Shown: positions 12,601 through 24,500 of the stretch, piece after piece | How the letters are laid out: every line of letters begins with the position of its first letter | Position numbering within the stretch: the stretch's first letter is position 1 | Origin: Felis catus | Lineage: Eukaryota | Length of the DNA: 64,000 bases | Assembly: GCF_018350175.1 (NCBI RefSeq) | Contig: NC_058369.1 | Span: 9,860,001 to 9,924,000, forward strand | Reading direction: 5' to 3' | Notes under the pieces: generated by a model | Seen by the model: only the letters and a program-made list of their open reading frames with translations | Databases searched by the model: none | Told to the model about the DNA's origin: nothing | Made by a program: the position numbers and the translations under genes

Positions 12601-15563
12601 CCTTGTTCCTCCCTACATGAATTCACTCGAAGGCCCTGATTTAAGCACCAACCGTGTGCAGCTCCTGCATTTTAGCATTGGAAGCCAGATCAGAAACAAG
12701 AGAAGGGAGTAACCCAGAATCATGTTGGATGGTGCTCCTCCGTAAGGAGAAAAAGCAAGCGGGGAAGGGGGCGGTCTGGGGAGTCAGGGAGGTGGGAGGT
12801 GGGAAGGCTGCAGTTTTAGTTAACGGGGCCAGGCGGCGTTTGAGGAAGAATACGGGGCAAGAGTGCGTGAAGGAGAAGGCATAGCTGGTGCAAAGGCCCT
12901 GGGGTGGGGATGTGTGGGTGTGACAGGAAGGGGCCAGTGAGCGAGGGCGTGACAGGGGTAGCCGAGGCCCTGGAGAACTTGGGAGACGGGGAGGGCTTTG
13001 CGGCTGTCGGGGGTGGATGGCCCACCTGGTGCCCAGCCGTCGGGTGCGCAGGCCCATGAACACGGAGCGGATGAGCTTGCCGAAGGAGGCGGCGTTGACG
13101 GGCTCCAGCTTCTGCTCCTGGCAGTGCAGCAGGTAGTGGCAGTAGAGGGTGCTCCGTGGCAGGCTCACACCCTCGGCCGTCTCATAGTTGTCTAGGAGCC
13201 ACTGAACCTGGGGCCGGACCAGGGACCGAAGAGCATGAGGAATTGCTTTAGTTTCTGGAATACTCATTGTGAAGCGTTCTCTGTACCTATTTTCTTTTCT
13301 TTTGTTAATGTTTATTTATTTTTGAGAGAGAGAGAGAGCACAAGCAGGGGAGGGGCCGAGTGAGGGGGACAGAGGATCCAAAGCGGGCTCTGCGCCGACA
13401 GCAGTGAACTCGCGAACCCTGAGACCGTGACCCGAGCTGCAGGTGGAGGTTCAACTGACTGAGCCACCCAGGCGTCCCTTCTCTCTGTGCCCATTTCCAA
13501 TTGTGACGCTGACAACCACGTTGTAGGTCACATCATAGCATAATCACCGGTGGAAACTAAATCTCATGGAACTCTCTAGAACTGCACCGTCCAACAGAGT
13601 TGCCTCCAACCACACGTAGCTATTTAAATTAATTTATACTGAGTGGAAAAGGCCAATGTCAAAAGGTCATGTGGAGTATGATTCATAGAACATTCTCGAG
13701 ATGACAGCATTATAGAAATGGGGAACAGATTCATGGTTACTGGGGGTTAGAGACGTTGGGAGGGAGGAGGGCGGGGGTTACTATAAGGGGTAGTTGGAGG
13801 GTGATCTTTGTGGCAGTGGAACAGTTCTGCATCGTGATTGTAGCGGTGGTTTTCCAAATGTACACCCGTGATAAAAAGATAGAAGTAGACCCCCCGCGTT
13901 GTACCAAGGCCAGGTTCCTGGCTGGATACTGTACTGCAGTCATGTAAAACGTAACTAGTGGGGTAATCTGAGTGGGCGGGGTAACCTGGGTGAGCCGCCC
14001 ACGAGGGTCTCCCTGTACTATTTTTGCGGCTTCCTATGAATCTACAATTATACCAAAATAGCGTAAGGAAAAACAAACAACTCAGTTCCTTGGTGACCCC
14101 GGCCACACCTTAGGCGCTCAATAGCCACATGTGGCCAGAGGCCTCTGTATTGAACAGCACAGAGGGAATACTTCTATCAATGGGGAATGTCTAGAGGACG
14201 GCAGTGTTCTAGTGAAGCGTGTCTGCAAACTTCGGGTAAGGACCCGTTACAGGGTCATGAAATCAGCTGGGTGGGTCACAACCAGCATTCGAACAACATA
14301 GACCTGAAGCCGGGCTACATGGGGGTATAAGGGAGGTTCAGCCTGCCTTCTGAGAAAGCTTCCGTCTCGGTTATGTGGTCCATGATGGGTGGCTATGTCA
14401 AAGGGTGGTATTTATTTATTTTATTTAAAAAAGCTTTTTTTAATGTTTATTATTTTGGAAGGAGAGAGAAGAGAGTGAGCAGGGGAGGGGAGGGGAGGGG
14501 CAGAGAGAGAGGGAGACACGGAATCTGAAGCAGGCTCCAGGCTCCGAGAGCTTTCCGCACAGAGCCCGACGTAGGGCTTGAACTCACGAACGGTGAGATC
14601 ACGACCTGAACCGAAGTTGGACGCTCAACCGACTGAGCCACCCAGGCGCCCCCCAAGGGGCGGTATTTAAAATCGCTCCAGACCCCCGGGGGCACCTGGG
14701 TGGCTCGGTGGGCGAAGCGCCTGACTTCGGCTCAGGTCATGATCTCACGGTTCTTGAGTTCAAGCTCTGCATTGGGCTCTGTGCTGACAGCTCAGAGCCT
14801 GCTTCAGATCCTCTGTCTCCCTCCCTCTCTCTCTGCCCCTGCCCTGCCCTGCTCTCTCTCTCTCTCTCAAAACTAAATAAATATTAAAAAATAAAAATAA
14901 AAATATAAAAAATCACTCCAGACCCCAACTTCCAAGAGGACAAGGACCACCCTGAGACTACTAGGCCCTGATCCAACCACAGTCACAGAGCTAGTGAGAG
15001 GCCCGGCCCAAGTGACTCCATACAGCCCACCTCTGGGCAGAGAGAGGTTTTCTTGTCGCCTTCTAGATGGACAAAGTGCCTTGCTCAGGGCAGCTCCCCC
15101 CATGCTGGTGCCTGCCTCTCCCTCCCCTTGCTATACCCCTGCCATCATCAGTTCTGATCACAGGAGACAACACTTCTTGGGGCCCTGGTCTAACAGCCTC
15201 ATGCATATGAGCTGAGGCCCTGAAAGGCTGAGTAACTTGTCTGAGGCTACACAGCCAGGATCTGATCCCCGGACATCTTCATCTGAGGACTCCGGGGCAA
15301 GGGTGCGAAGACTCCTGCTGCCGGCGACCAGTGACCACCCACCGCCGGCGCCCAGCACCTCCCCCCGCCCCCGGCCCTGCATGCCTTTTCTGGGGCCCCA
15401 GTCGGCACTCACGGTGGCTGGCGAGGCACGCGTGGTGTGGGAGTAGGACTGGCTGGCGCTGCCCAGCATGTAGCCGCCCTGGATCACATAGGTGCCTGCT
15501 CCGCTGCCGCCGCCGGCACTGCCGCCGCCGCCACCGCCCCCGCCGCCGCCGCCGCCCCCGCCA

Positions 15564-15594
<31 letters not shown>

Positions 15595-18500
15595 CGCTGG
15601 CTCCACCCGCGCTGCTGGCGGAGCTGGTGACGACCTGGCTCCCGGACACGTACATGGGCACAGAGCCGCTGCTGGCCACCGCCTGGGAGGTAGCGGGCGT
15701 GCTGACCTGCGCAGCTGTGCCTGCAGCTTCGTAGTAGCTTGCGCCCGCTGTCTGCGTGTACAGCGGCGTCTCCGGGTAGGGGTAGGTACTGGAGCGGCTG
15801 AGAGGGAAGCAGAGGCAGGAGTCAGCGGGCAGGAGCTGGGCAGCCGAGGGGCGGGGCGAGGGGGCTCCTGTGGCGCCGGGGCCCTCCCAGGATGGGAGCC
15901 AGAGGCCGCCAACGTTTACCCATGCCGGACCAGGCACCACTCTGAGCGAGTGCCTGATGGGGCGCAATTTTCCATGTAATCATCAGAACGGCCCCTGGCA
16001 TGGGAGCCCACACCTCAGATGTGAAGAAGCCAAGACAGAATGGCTAGGTCACTTGGAATAGGGCACACACTTCACTCAATTAAAAACAAAACAGAACAAA
16101 ACAAAACAAAAAAACCAACTCATCGAGCACCTACTGTACGCTGGACACTGTTGTAGGCACTACAGACCCAACAGTGGGTAAGACAGAAAAAGCCCTGCCC
16201 GGGGGAGTTCACGTTGTCGCCGGGAAGCCAGAGGAGAAGCAAGCACAGAGGTGAATCAAGGGCATTGCAGAACGTGGTCCGTGCCCAGGTAGTAAATGAG
16301 ACGGGAAGAGGGGGCTGGAGAAAGGGGAGGTGGCCTCCCTTCAATCCAGTGGCCACCCTGGGGGGCCATTCAGCGACGACTTCTGGAGGGCAGAGCATGT
16401 CCCTTTTGAGGCAGAGGAGCGTTCTCCTCCAGCCGTCCCAGGACCCGCGTCAGATGACGCGGGGGCTCAAGGCTGCAGTTCATAGCAAGAGAGCAAAAAC
16501 AACTGGGGTCCCTCTTTGGAGGACAGTTAAGTGAAAGGTGACAGAATCCTAAGAAAGGGTAAGAGAGAGGAAGATCCTGCCAAAGAAGAAGCTCCAGAAC
16601 ATTTTTTCAGGTGAACGAAAGAGGTGGGGAAAGGTAAGGATGGGGTTTCCGGAACAGGGGGGAGACTGTGCCCCATTTCCTATCTATGTCTGCATCATGC
16701 GGGTGGAGGCCCCATGGATGGGGAGTAGGCATCTCACAAGACATCGTTGGACACAGTTTTGGTTTCTGAGTCCTCTTAACTTATTAGTGATTCAAAACAA
16801 CATCAAATTTTAAAAATCCAGAAAGCGAGCAAGGCCGGCCAGATGGGACCCGCCGCAGAAGGCTCTGTTGTAACAGGCTCCTGAAGGAAGCTGGGGAAGG
16901 AGACTTGCAGGCCTCCAGGGCAGCAAGGAGAAGGCGGGCGGGGGGGGGGGGAGGGGGGGAGGCTGGTCACCCCAAGTGGGCGCCCTACCTGTTGGACACC
17001 AAGAGGCAGCTCTTGACTGCGGCATCCTGGTCCACGTCTACTGAAGTGGCACTGGGTGGCACCAGCAAGTGCCCTCCACCCCATCCCCAGGCAGGGACCA
17101 CAGCCAGCCCAGCCCAGCACCCCACCCCACCCCACATCTGGAGCCACACGTGCTCGAAAAATGTTGCTCTGGCAGCAATTTGCTGCATGATTGAATGAAT
17201 GTGTGCATCTCTGGACAGAGCCAGAGCCAGAGGTGCAGGGACTGTGGCTTTGGCCAGGGAGGGGGTCCAGGCTGGCAAAGGGCTGGGAAGCCGGTTAAAA
17301 TCCACTGCAAGAGACAGGCAGGGGACACAGTGCTACTAACAATTTCACCAGAATCCGATGGCGGTGATGGGCTACGTGTGATCCCACACGTGATAACCAC
17401 GGAGGGGAGAATTCAAACAGAAGCTAGGACAGACACTACCAGGGGAGGCAGAAGGAGCCAGCCCGGCACCACAAGGCCTGGGCTTATGCCTCAGTTCTAC
17501 TTTCTGGGGGCCCTATGGGGGCCACTCTTCTTTCCGGAATGCCCTGTATGGTCCCTACCCACTCTGGTTAATTGCGTGGCTAAGAGACCGGCAGCATGGG
17601 AAATAAGTCAACGGAACCATGAGGTAGCTGGAGGCTGTCGACCATGACTCAGGTGCCAGGGTCAAGCCCCCTGGGATAGGCCACAGCACCACGATCCAGG
17701 GACTGAGTTGCTCTATGAGCTAATCCCCAGCATCACACCCTTATGGGACAGGTGGGTGGGGGATGTAAGAAAAAAGGTCAGACACAATGCAAAGAAAACC
17801 GAATGAAGCTTCCGACAATTAAACCGACGATCACCGAGATCCTGGAACTATTACTGTGAAGGAGGAGAGAGCGAAGGTGGTGTGAGGGGTCTCGCGGACA
17901 AGAGTGAGCCAGAGCGGAGGCTCGGGCAGGCCTCGGGCATGGCATGTGCCTGACGTGGCAGGTGCTGATAATGCTGCAGGGCACGCGACAGCAGGGAGAG
18001 GAGGGCCCCCAAGTGTCGGCCGGGCGGGCACCGGCTACATCGTTCACGCTATGTCTGCACCGTGGAGTATTATGCAGCTGTTAAACAGGGTGACTGGGAC
18101 CCGGTCAGAGAAACAGGGAAGAGCTTTGAGACACACAACTGGGAAGAAACAAAGGACAGAACATTCTGCCTGTATCTGAACAAAAAAGGGGCTAGTTTCT
18201 ATTCTCAGGGTGTCTCTAGGAGGAAACAAAGAAACTGGTCACAGCACTGCCTTTGGAGCAAGCTTGGGGGTCAACAGGGAAGATTTCTTTTTCTTTAACA
18301 TTCCCTACTAATTCATTCAGTTTGTCTTATAAAAATTAAATTTTCTTTTTTTCTTTTCTAAAAACCAGGCCCATCTGACCCCAAGGTCTTAAGTTATACT
18401 GGGATGCCTTTCCCAACCTGCGAGGGCCCCCTCTGCTTTGCCCCGGCCTGATGGCTGCTGGTTATCCTGGGGAAGCACCTATCACCTGTCACCTGAGGCC

Positions 18501-21500
18501 TCGAAGGCTGGCTGGTCGGCTAGGGGCAGGGACTCTCAGGCCTCAAGTCCCAGCAGGGTCCTGAGCCGACCTAGGCCCCGCCCCCCCCCCCCCCCCGCGC
18601 CCACTCACATGGCACTGGCCGTGTAGCTGGCGTCACCACCCTCCACATACTGCACTTGGCTGGAGTACACGTGTGGGACGGGCACCTGCTGGAGCTGCTG
18701 CACCTGGTGTGGGAGGAAGGGCACACAGGAGGTCAGGGGTGGGGCGGTTCCTCTGCCTGTCTCTGTCTCTAAAGGGCTGGTAGCTGTCCAAGCTCGCAAG
18801 GACACCTGGCTCCCCGGCGGGGAGGCTGCATTTCTGGACTTTCTGAACACACCCTGGACAGGGCCAGGGGTCAGAGGCCCAGGGGTTGTGGCCTCGGTCA
18901 GGGCTGGGAATCGGGTGGAGCTATGTCAGAAGCCAGGACTCTGTGCTTAGGCTAATGACGGCAAGGATGGGGCCTGACGTGAGGCGGGCTGAGGAGACCC
19001 CGGAGTCCTACTCCGAGCGTGAAAGCTGGACCCCACAAGTAGAGCCAAGCACTGGGACAAGGCTGTCACTAGAGCTAAAGCCAAAGCTGGAGCCTGAAAA
19101 CCACATACAAACAGGGCCTCAGGGGTGGAGCCTGCATCAAGGGAAGGATCCCGGTCTGTAGGGGCGGGGCCTGGAAACTAAGTACAGGATGTCAGGGGAG
19201 GAGCCAGAGGCCAGGGGTGGGGCTCCGGTTGGCGGGACACAACCTGGAATTACTGACAAGGTTTGGGGGGCGGGGCCTGAATTCCCCACCCCCACCCCCC
19301 GCCCGTCTGTTGGAGTGGAGCCTGGGACCTGGGACCGCCAGTCTTGGGGGTGCGGGTGGGGGTGGGGGTGGGGCCGGAGGTGGGTCCCCACACTGGCCGG
19401 GCGGAGGTGGGGTCTTCAGGGCCAGCAGGGCCAGGCGGGCAGCCTGGGGCCGGGCGCCGGCCGGGGCCGGCGGATCCCGCCCCCGCCCGCCCGATGCCCC
19501 CCGCCCGTGCGTCGGCCACCTACTTTGAGGGCCGTGGCGGCCGTGCCGAACACTAGCACCTGGGGGACTCTCTGGATCCTGACCCTCTGGTCGGGGCTGG
19601 CTCGGGCCGGGAGCCCGGGCAGTGGCTCGAAGACCACTTTCTGCTGCGGCAGGAGCAGGTGCGGGGGCATCACGCCCACCAGCTCCACCCACTGCTCGGC
19701 GCCCGGCTCGTAATGGGGCGGCGGCGGCTGGGGGCTGCCTAGCTGCCGGACCTCGCCCCTGCACGCGGGCGGGAGCGGCGGCGGCTCCGGGGCCAGCGCG
19801 CTCGGCCGGGGCCCGGGCGTGGGTGGCCGGGGCGGCGGCTCCGGCGGCGGCGTGGGCCGGGGCTCCTGCTGCTCTGCCTTCCTAGCGGGAAACTGACTGC
19901 CTGAGCTCTGGAGGACAAACAGAGACACTGGGGGGTCACCGGGAGCGGCCGCGGGCGGGGCTCTAGGCCTCCGCCGCCCACCGGGTCGCTGAGCCCACGC
20001 GGCAACCCCACAGAAGATCCCGCCCGGTGCCTCAGGGAGGGGAGAATCCAGATCTCTCTCTTAGCAAAACCTGGGCCCTTGAACCGCCAGGTGCCGGGGA
20101 GAGGGGAGGCTCCAAGACAGAGTCTACAGCCCGCAGCCCAAGCCCTTGAGGAACTCCCCCCCCCCGACCCCCCCACCCCGCCCCCGAGCCCCCCGCCCCG
20201 CCCCATTCCCTCCCTGCAGCCTGATGGGCCCGCACCCACCCCTCCGGGCCTCCCCAGTCCCAGTCCCAGTTTGCCCAGAGGTAAGTGGAGAAGACACGCA
20301 CCTCTTGAGCCACGTGAACTGGCTGGAGCCCCTGCACCGTAAGTTGCTGCACGGGGCCGGCTTTGGGCGCCTGTGGAGTGGCTTGGACCACGGACCTCTG
20401 GGATGGAAAAGGCAAGTCAGACTGTGGTGACCGTGGCGACCAAAGGCCCACCCATCCCTGAGCACCCACCCCGTGCCCACATGAACTCCTGTAAGCCTCA
20501 CAGCAGCCCGGTGAGAAAGAGGCCACCACTCTCCAGCTCTTCCCAGCCGGCCCTGCACCAAGTGCCTTTGAGATTCAGGACCGCATTGACCCCGGGCGTT
20601 CAGGTAGAGGCGTGAACGGGGGCTCATCAAAGTGAGGCTGACAGGAAGTGGCAGCACTGAAGTTGAACTTGGGACTGACTGCGGGAGTCCTTGCCACCCA
20701 CCCCTACTCTGGACATGAGTTATCGCACACCCCCACATCCGCCATGCCTCCTCGTCCTTACTTTCACGCCACCGCAGGAATATTGACATCGCCCTCAGGG
20801 CACAGAGCGAGGGGCAGAGGCTGGGGGTGGGGTGGGGTGCCGAGTGGTGGATTAGGACTCGGACCCGGGCCTGGAGGTTCAGAGGGTGCGTGGTGCTCGG
20901 CAGGACATCTGCGAATCCTTCGGGATGGGGTTTCTGCTTTTCCTCTGGGGGAGGTCTGTGCCTTTCATCTGGTTTTGCGAGGGGTTTGGGACCCCGCAAC
21001 GTGAGTGATGACAACCAGATGGCAGACGACCCTTGCCACTTAACCTGCTCCAGCAGCTCAGAGCATAGCCTCCTCCCAAAGGCGGGCCTCTCCCTGAGCT
21101 CCTTAGGGGTAAGCCTGGACTTGGCCTCGGGGCTTCCTCCCGGCGAGTGGGCCCAAAGAGGCAAGGCTGTTTCTCAAAGCTGTTTCCAGCGCCCATTCAG
21201 TGTTAGGTGCCACCTGTGAGGACCACATCTCATCCCCCAGCAACCCCGGCCACCCTGCCCCCAGACTCCCAGGGCAGAAGCCATTATGCAGATAAGGATG
21301 CCGTGTCTGAAGGAGAGCAGAGGTGCTTGCCAGAGGCCCCCGGGGGCCGGCTGAGGATGCACCCCTACCTGCTTGGCTCCCACACACCTTCCCGACCGCA
21401 GCTCTCCCAGACAGCCAAGGAGGCCGCAGAGGCTGCCTGGCCAGGACCCCCTGCCCCAGCCACCGCCCGCCTTGGCCTGGCACCTCTTGGGTGACGGGGA

Positions 21501-24500
21501 CACTCTGCTGAACGCCACAGACCTGCAGCTGCTGCGGCACTGCACCCGCGGGGGCCCCAGCCGTCTTGCTGGAGGAGCTGTTTGCCTGCCCCGGCGACCG
21601 CTGCGAGGGAAGGAGACACGGGAGCGTAGTCTGGGCACCCAGGCCCTGGAAAACCCTTCTCAGGAGGGCTGTCCCAAGAGCTACTTGGGGAGGGTGGCAG
21701 TCTACAGAGGTCTCAGTCTCCTAGGCTGGTAACTGGCCGCGTGTCATGAATCCAAATGCCTAGTCCCTGCCGTAGCCCCGCTCACTCCCAGGCAAGGCTA
21801 AGGGTTCGGCTCAGAGGTGCTGGTGGGGGGACCCACCCTCTGCAGCCCAGATGGCCTCAGCTCAGAGGACACCTGTGCCTCCGAAATCAGAGGGACTGCC
21901 GCCTTGAGGTGAGGAGGGGTAGGTGAGGCAAGCCCCACTTTCCAGATGGGAAGGGATGTCCCAAGGCCACACAGCTGAGTGGTGGCACCGGGCACTGACC
22001 CCAGGCAGACTGGTGACAGAGTCCCTGTTAGCTCTGGGCCATGCTGTGGCCACACGGAGCTGACGGCACTTGGTATTATTAGCTGTTTTACACAGAAAAC
22101 ACTGGGCTCAGGAGGCTCCAGGGGCCTGGCCAGAGTCCCCCAGGAGAAATGGCTGAGCTGGGGGTCTGACCCCAAGCTCCTGATGCTGCCACCTATGCTC
22201 CCAGCCACCCGTGGTCTGCCTGCCTCCAACACACTCATTAGTGCTTAGGGGGTCCCCAGAATCTACCCTGTAGTCTGGGGAAGAGCCTCTACCAGCCCTG
22301 AGGGGCGCAGGGGGACCCGCTTTGCTTCCTGGGACGCGGGGTCCTGATGTGGAGCTGCGAGGCCCATCTCAGCCTGGGGTGGGAAGCAGCTCAGAGCTGG
22401 CAGGGCCATGAGTCAGGCAGCCAAGCCACCCGACCCGGGCTCAATAAGGACTTTGGAGGAGCGAGTGGGCTTGGGGGCGCAGAGACCCCTCCAAGTATAC
22501 TCTGGGGGTACATGCCCAACCCGGGGAGAGAGGTACAGAGAGGGCAACTGATGGGGCCACCACCTACCTCAGGGGGCGAGTGCACCTGCTGGGTGCCATG
22601 CACTGTCAGGGAAACCTGGCCACCCTTGCCGCCTGGGGCCGTGCTCTGCACCACCAGACGCTGCGTGGGGAGAGCCTAGAACCAGGAGGAAAAAGGACCA
22701 CAGTTCACTCACAACAGCCCGTCCGGTTCCCGCGAGCATCTGCGCCACACCAGGCGATGTCCTGGTGGTGCTCACCCGTCAGCTCACAAAACTGCCCCGA
22801 CGGCCCCCGGGCAGCGCTGTTACTACCCCCACCGCACACACGGTGACAGCGAGGCTTGGGACGGCGAAAGCGCTCGCCTGAGGCCCTGGAACCGGTAAGT
22901 GGCCGAGCCAGGGTTGACGTCTAGGGAGCCCGGCTCCACAGGCCATGCGCAATATGCTCTCACCCTTGAAGCCCGTGTTCTGGGCGGAGCCCCGTCACAC
23001 CGCCGGCAGCCTTCTGGGGGACAGGCCACCATGTACTCACGGTCCCCGTGCTGGCTACGGGCGCTTGGCTCCTAACTGGCATTGGGTTCTCTGCTTTGAG
23101 ATATCGGGGCCGGGCCTGAAAGCCACCTTCCTTACTGCTACTCCTCGGCTGTCTATTAAGATGTCTCGTGCAGCAACTCCTTCCCCAACGGGCCCTGACT
23201 GCCACCGTCTCACTGGCTGGAGGCGGCGGTCATCCCCCTGGATGGGGCCTAGGTCCTTGATGCTGGTGAAGGCACATCTGAGCAGGCCACCAGGAACTGG
23301 CTCTGCAACCCAGGGGGAGGCCGGGCCTGGTGTGGCAGCCTTACCTGCTGGGGCACTGAGATGTTGGTGAGCTGGAGGGGAGACACGTGGCCCGGCTTGG
23401 CCTGCACGCTTGTCTGGACCAGCAGACGCTGTAGGGGCAGGGAGTAAGGACCTGAGCCATGCGGGCTTCCCCAGGGCGGGGCGGGGGTGGTGGCTGAAGC
23501 GAACGTCTTGCTAAGAACAGGTGAGCAGATGGCTCTGGCAGCAGGGTGGGAGGGGAGGCCAAGTACCTGTGGCCACCGTCACCAGTGCCCCTCTCGTGTG
23601 CCCTCCCGCCCTGCCCCCTGGGGGGGGAGGGGAGTGCGTCCTACCTGCTGGGTGCCCTGCACCTGCTGAACCACCTGAGTGGGGACTCCGGTCTGGCTGG
23701 CTGTGGAGCCCGGGCTGGCTTCTGATACAGTCTCACTGGCCCGCATGGCGCCTTCTGTGAGGAAGGGTCACTGGGTCAGCTCCGCCTGCTGTCCCTGTCA
23801 ACCCTGAGCCTGAGCCCATCAGGAGGGGATGAAGTGGCCTGAAGCTGATCCTCTGACAGAGCGGGGTCTCTCCAAGATCCTGCCTGTCTCCTGGCAGGCC
23901 CTGACAGTGCACATTTTGGGATAAGCCTTAAGGACCTGTGGCCCTTGACATGCAGAAGCAGCCCCACCCCACCCCACCCCTCCTCGTCCCAACGCTAGAC
24001 CAGGAGGGGTGACTGAGGAGCCGTGATGCTCAGGCCCAGAGGGCTGAATCCGTTTCCCCAACACATAGGACTTGTGGACAGCCAGTGACTGACCCCCTTC
24101 CCCAGGGTCTCAGCAGCCCTGGAAGGACCAAGGTGCTGGGGCCACCTTCCTCAAGAGGACTCTTGGCTTCCCAGGAATAGGAGATGGTCAGGAGTGAGCT
24201 CAGAAGGCCTTGCCAGCCTGTGGCCAAGCACCACCCCGCCCCCCCTCCACTGTCCCAGCCTCCCTGTCCTCGGTGGGGCGGGGGCAGCAGGGGGGCTTGG
24301 AGGTGGGCAGGCAGGTACTCACGCTGACAGGCAGCCGAGAAGAGGCAGTCGTAGAACATGGTGCCCACCTGTCCCCGCCCTGCCCCTGCCCCTGCCCCCG
24401 TCCATCCAGGGGAACCTGCCCCACGGTCCTCACTCCTTGCCCACCTCTTTGGGAACAGCAGGGTGCGTGGGCAGCTTTCTACCCGCAACCTTGGGGAGCT

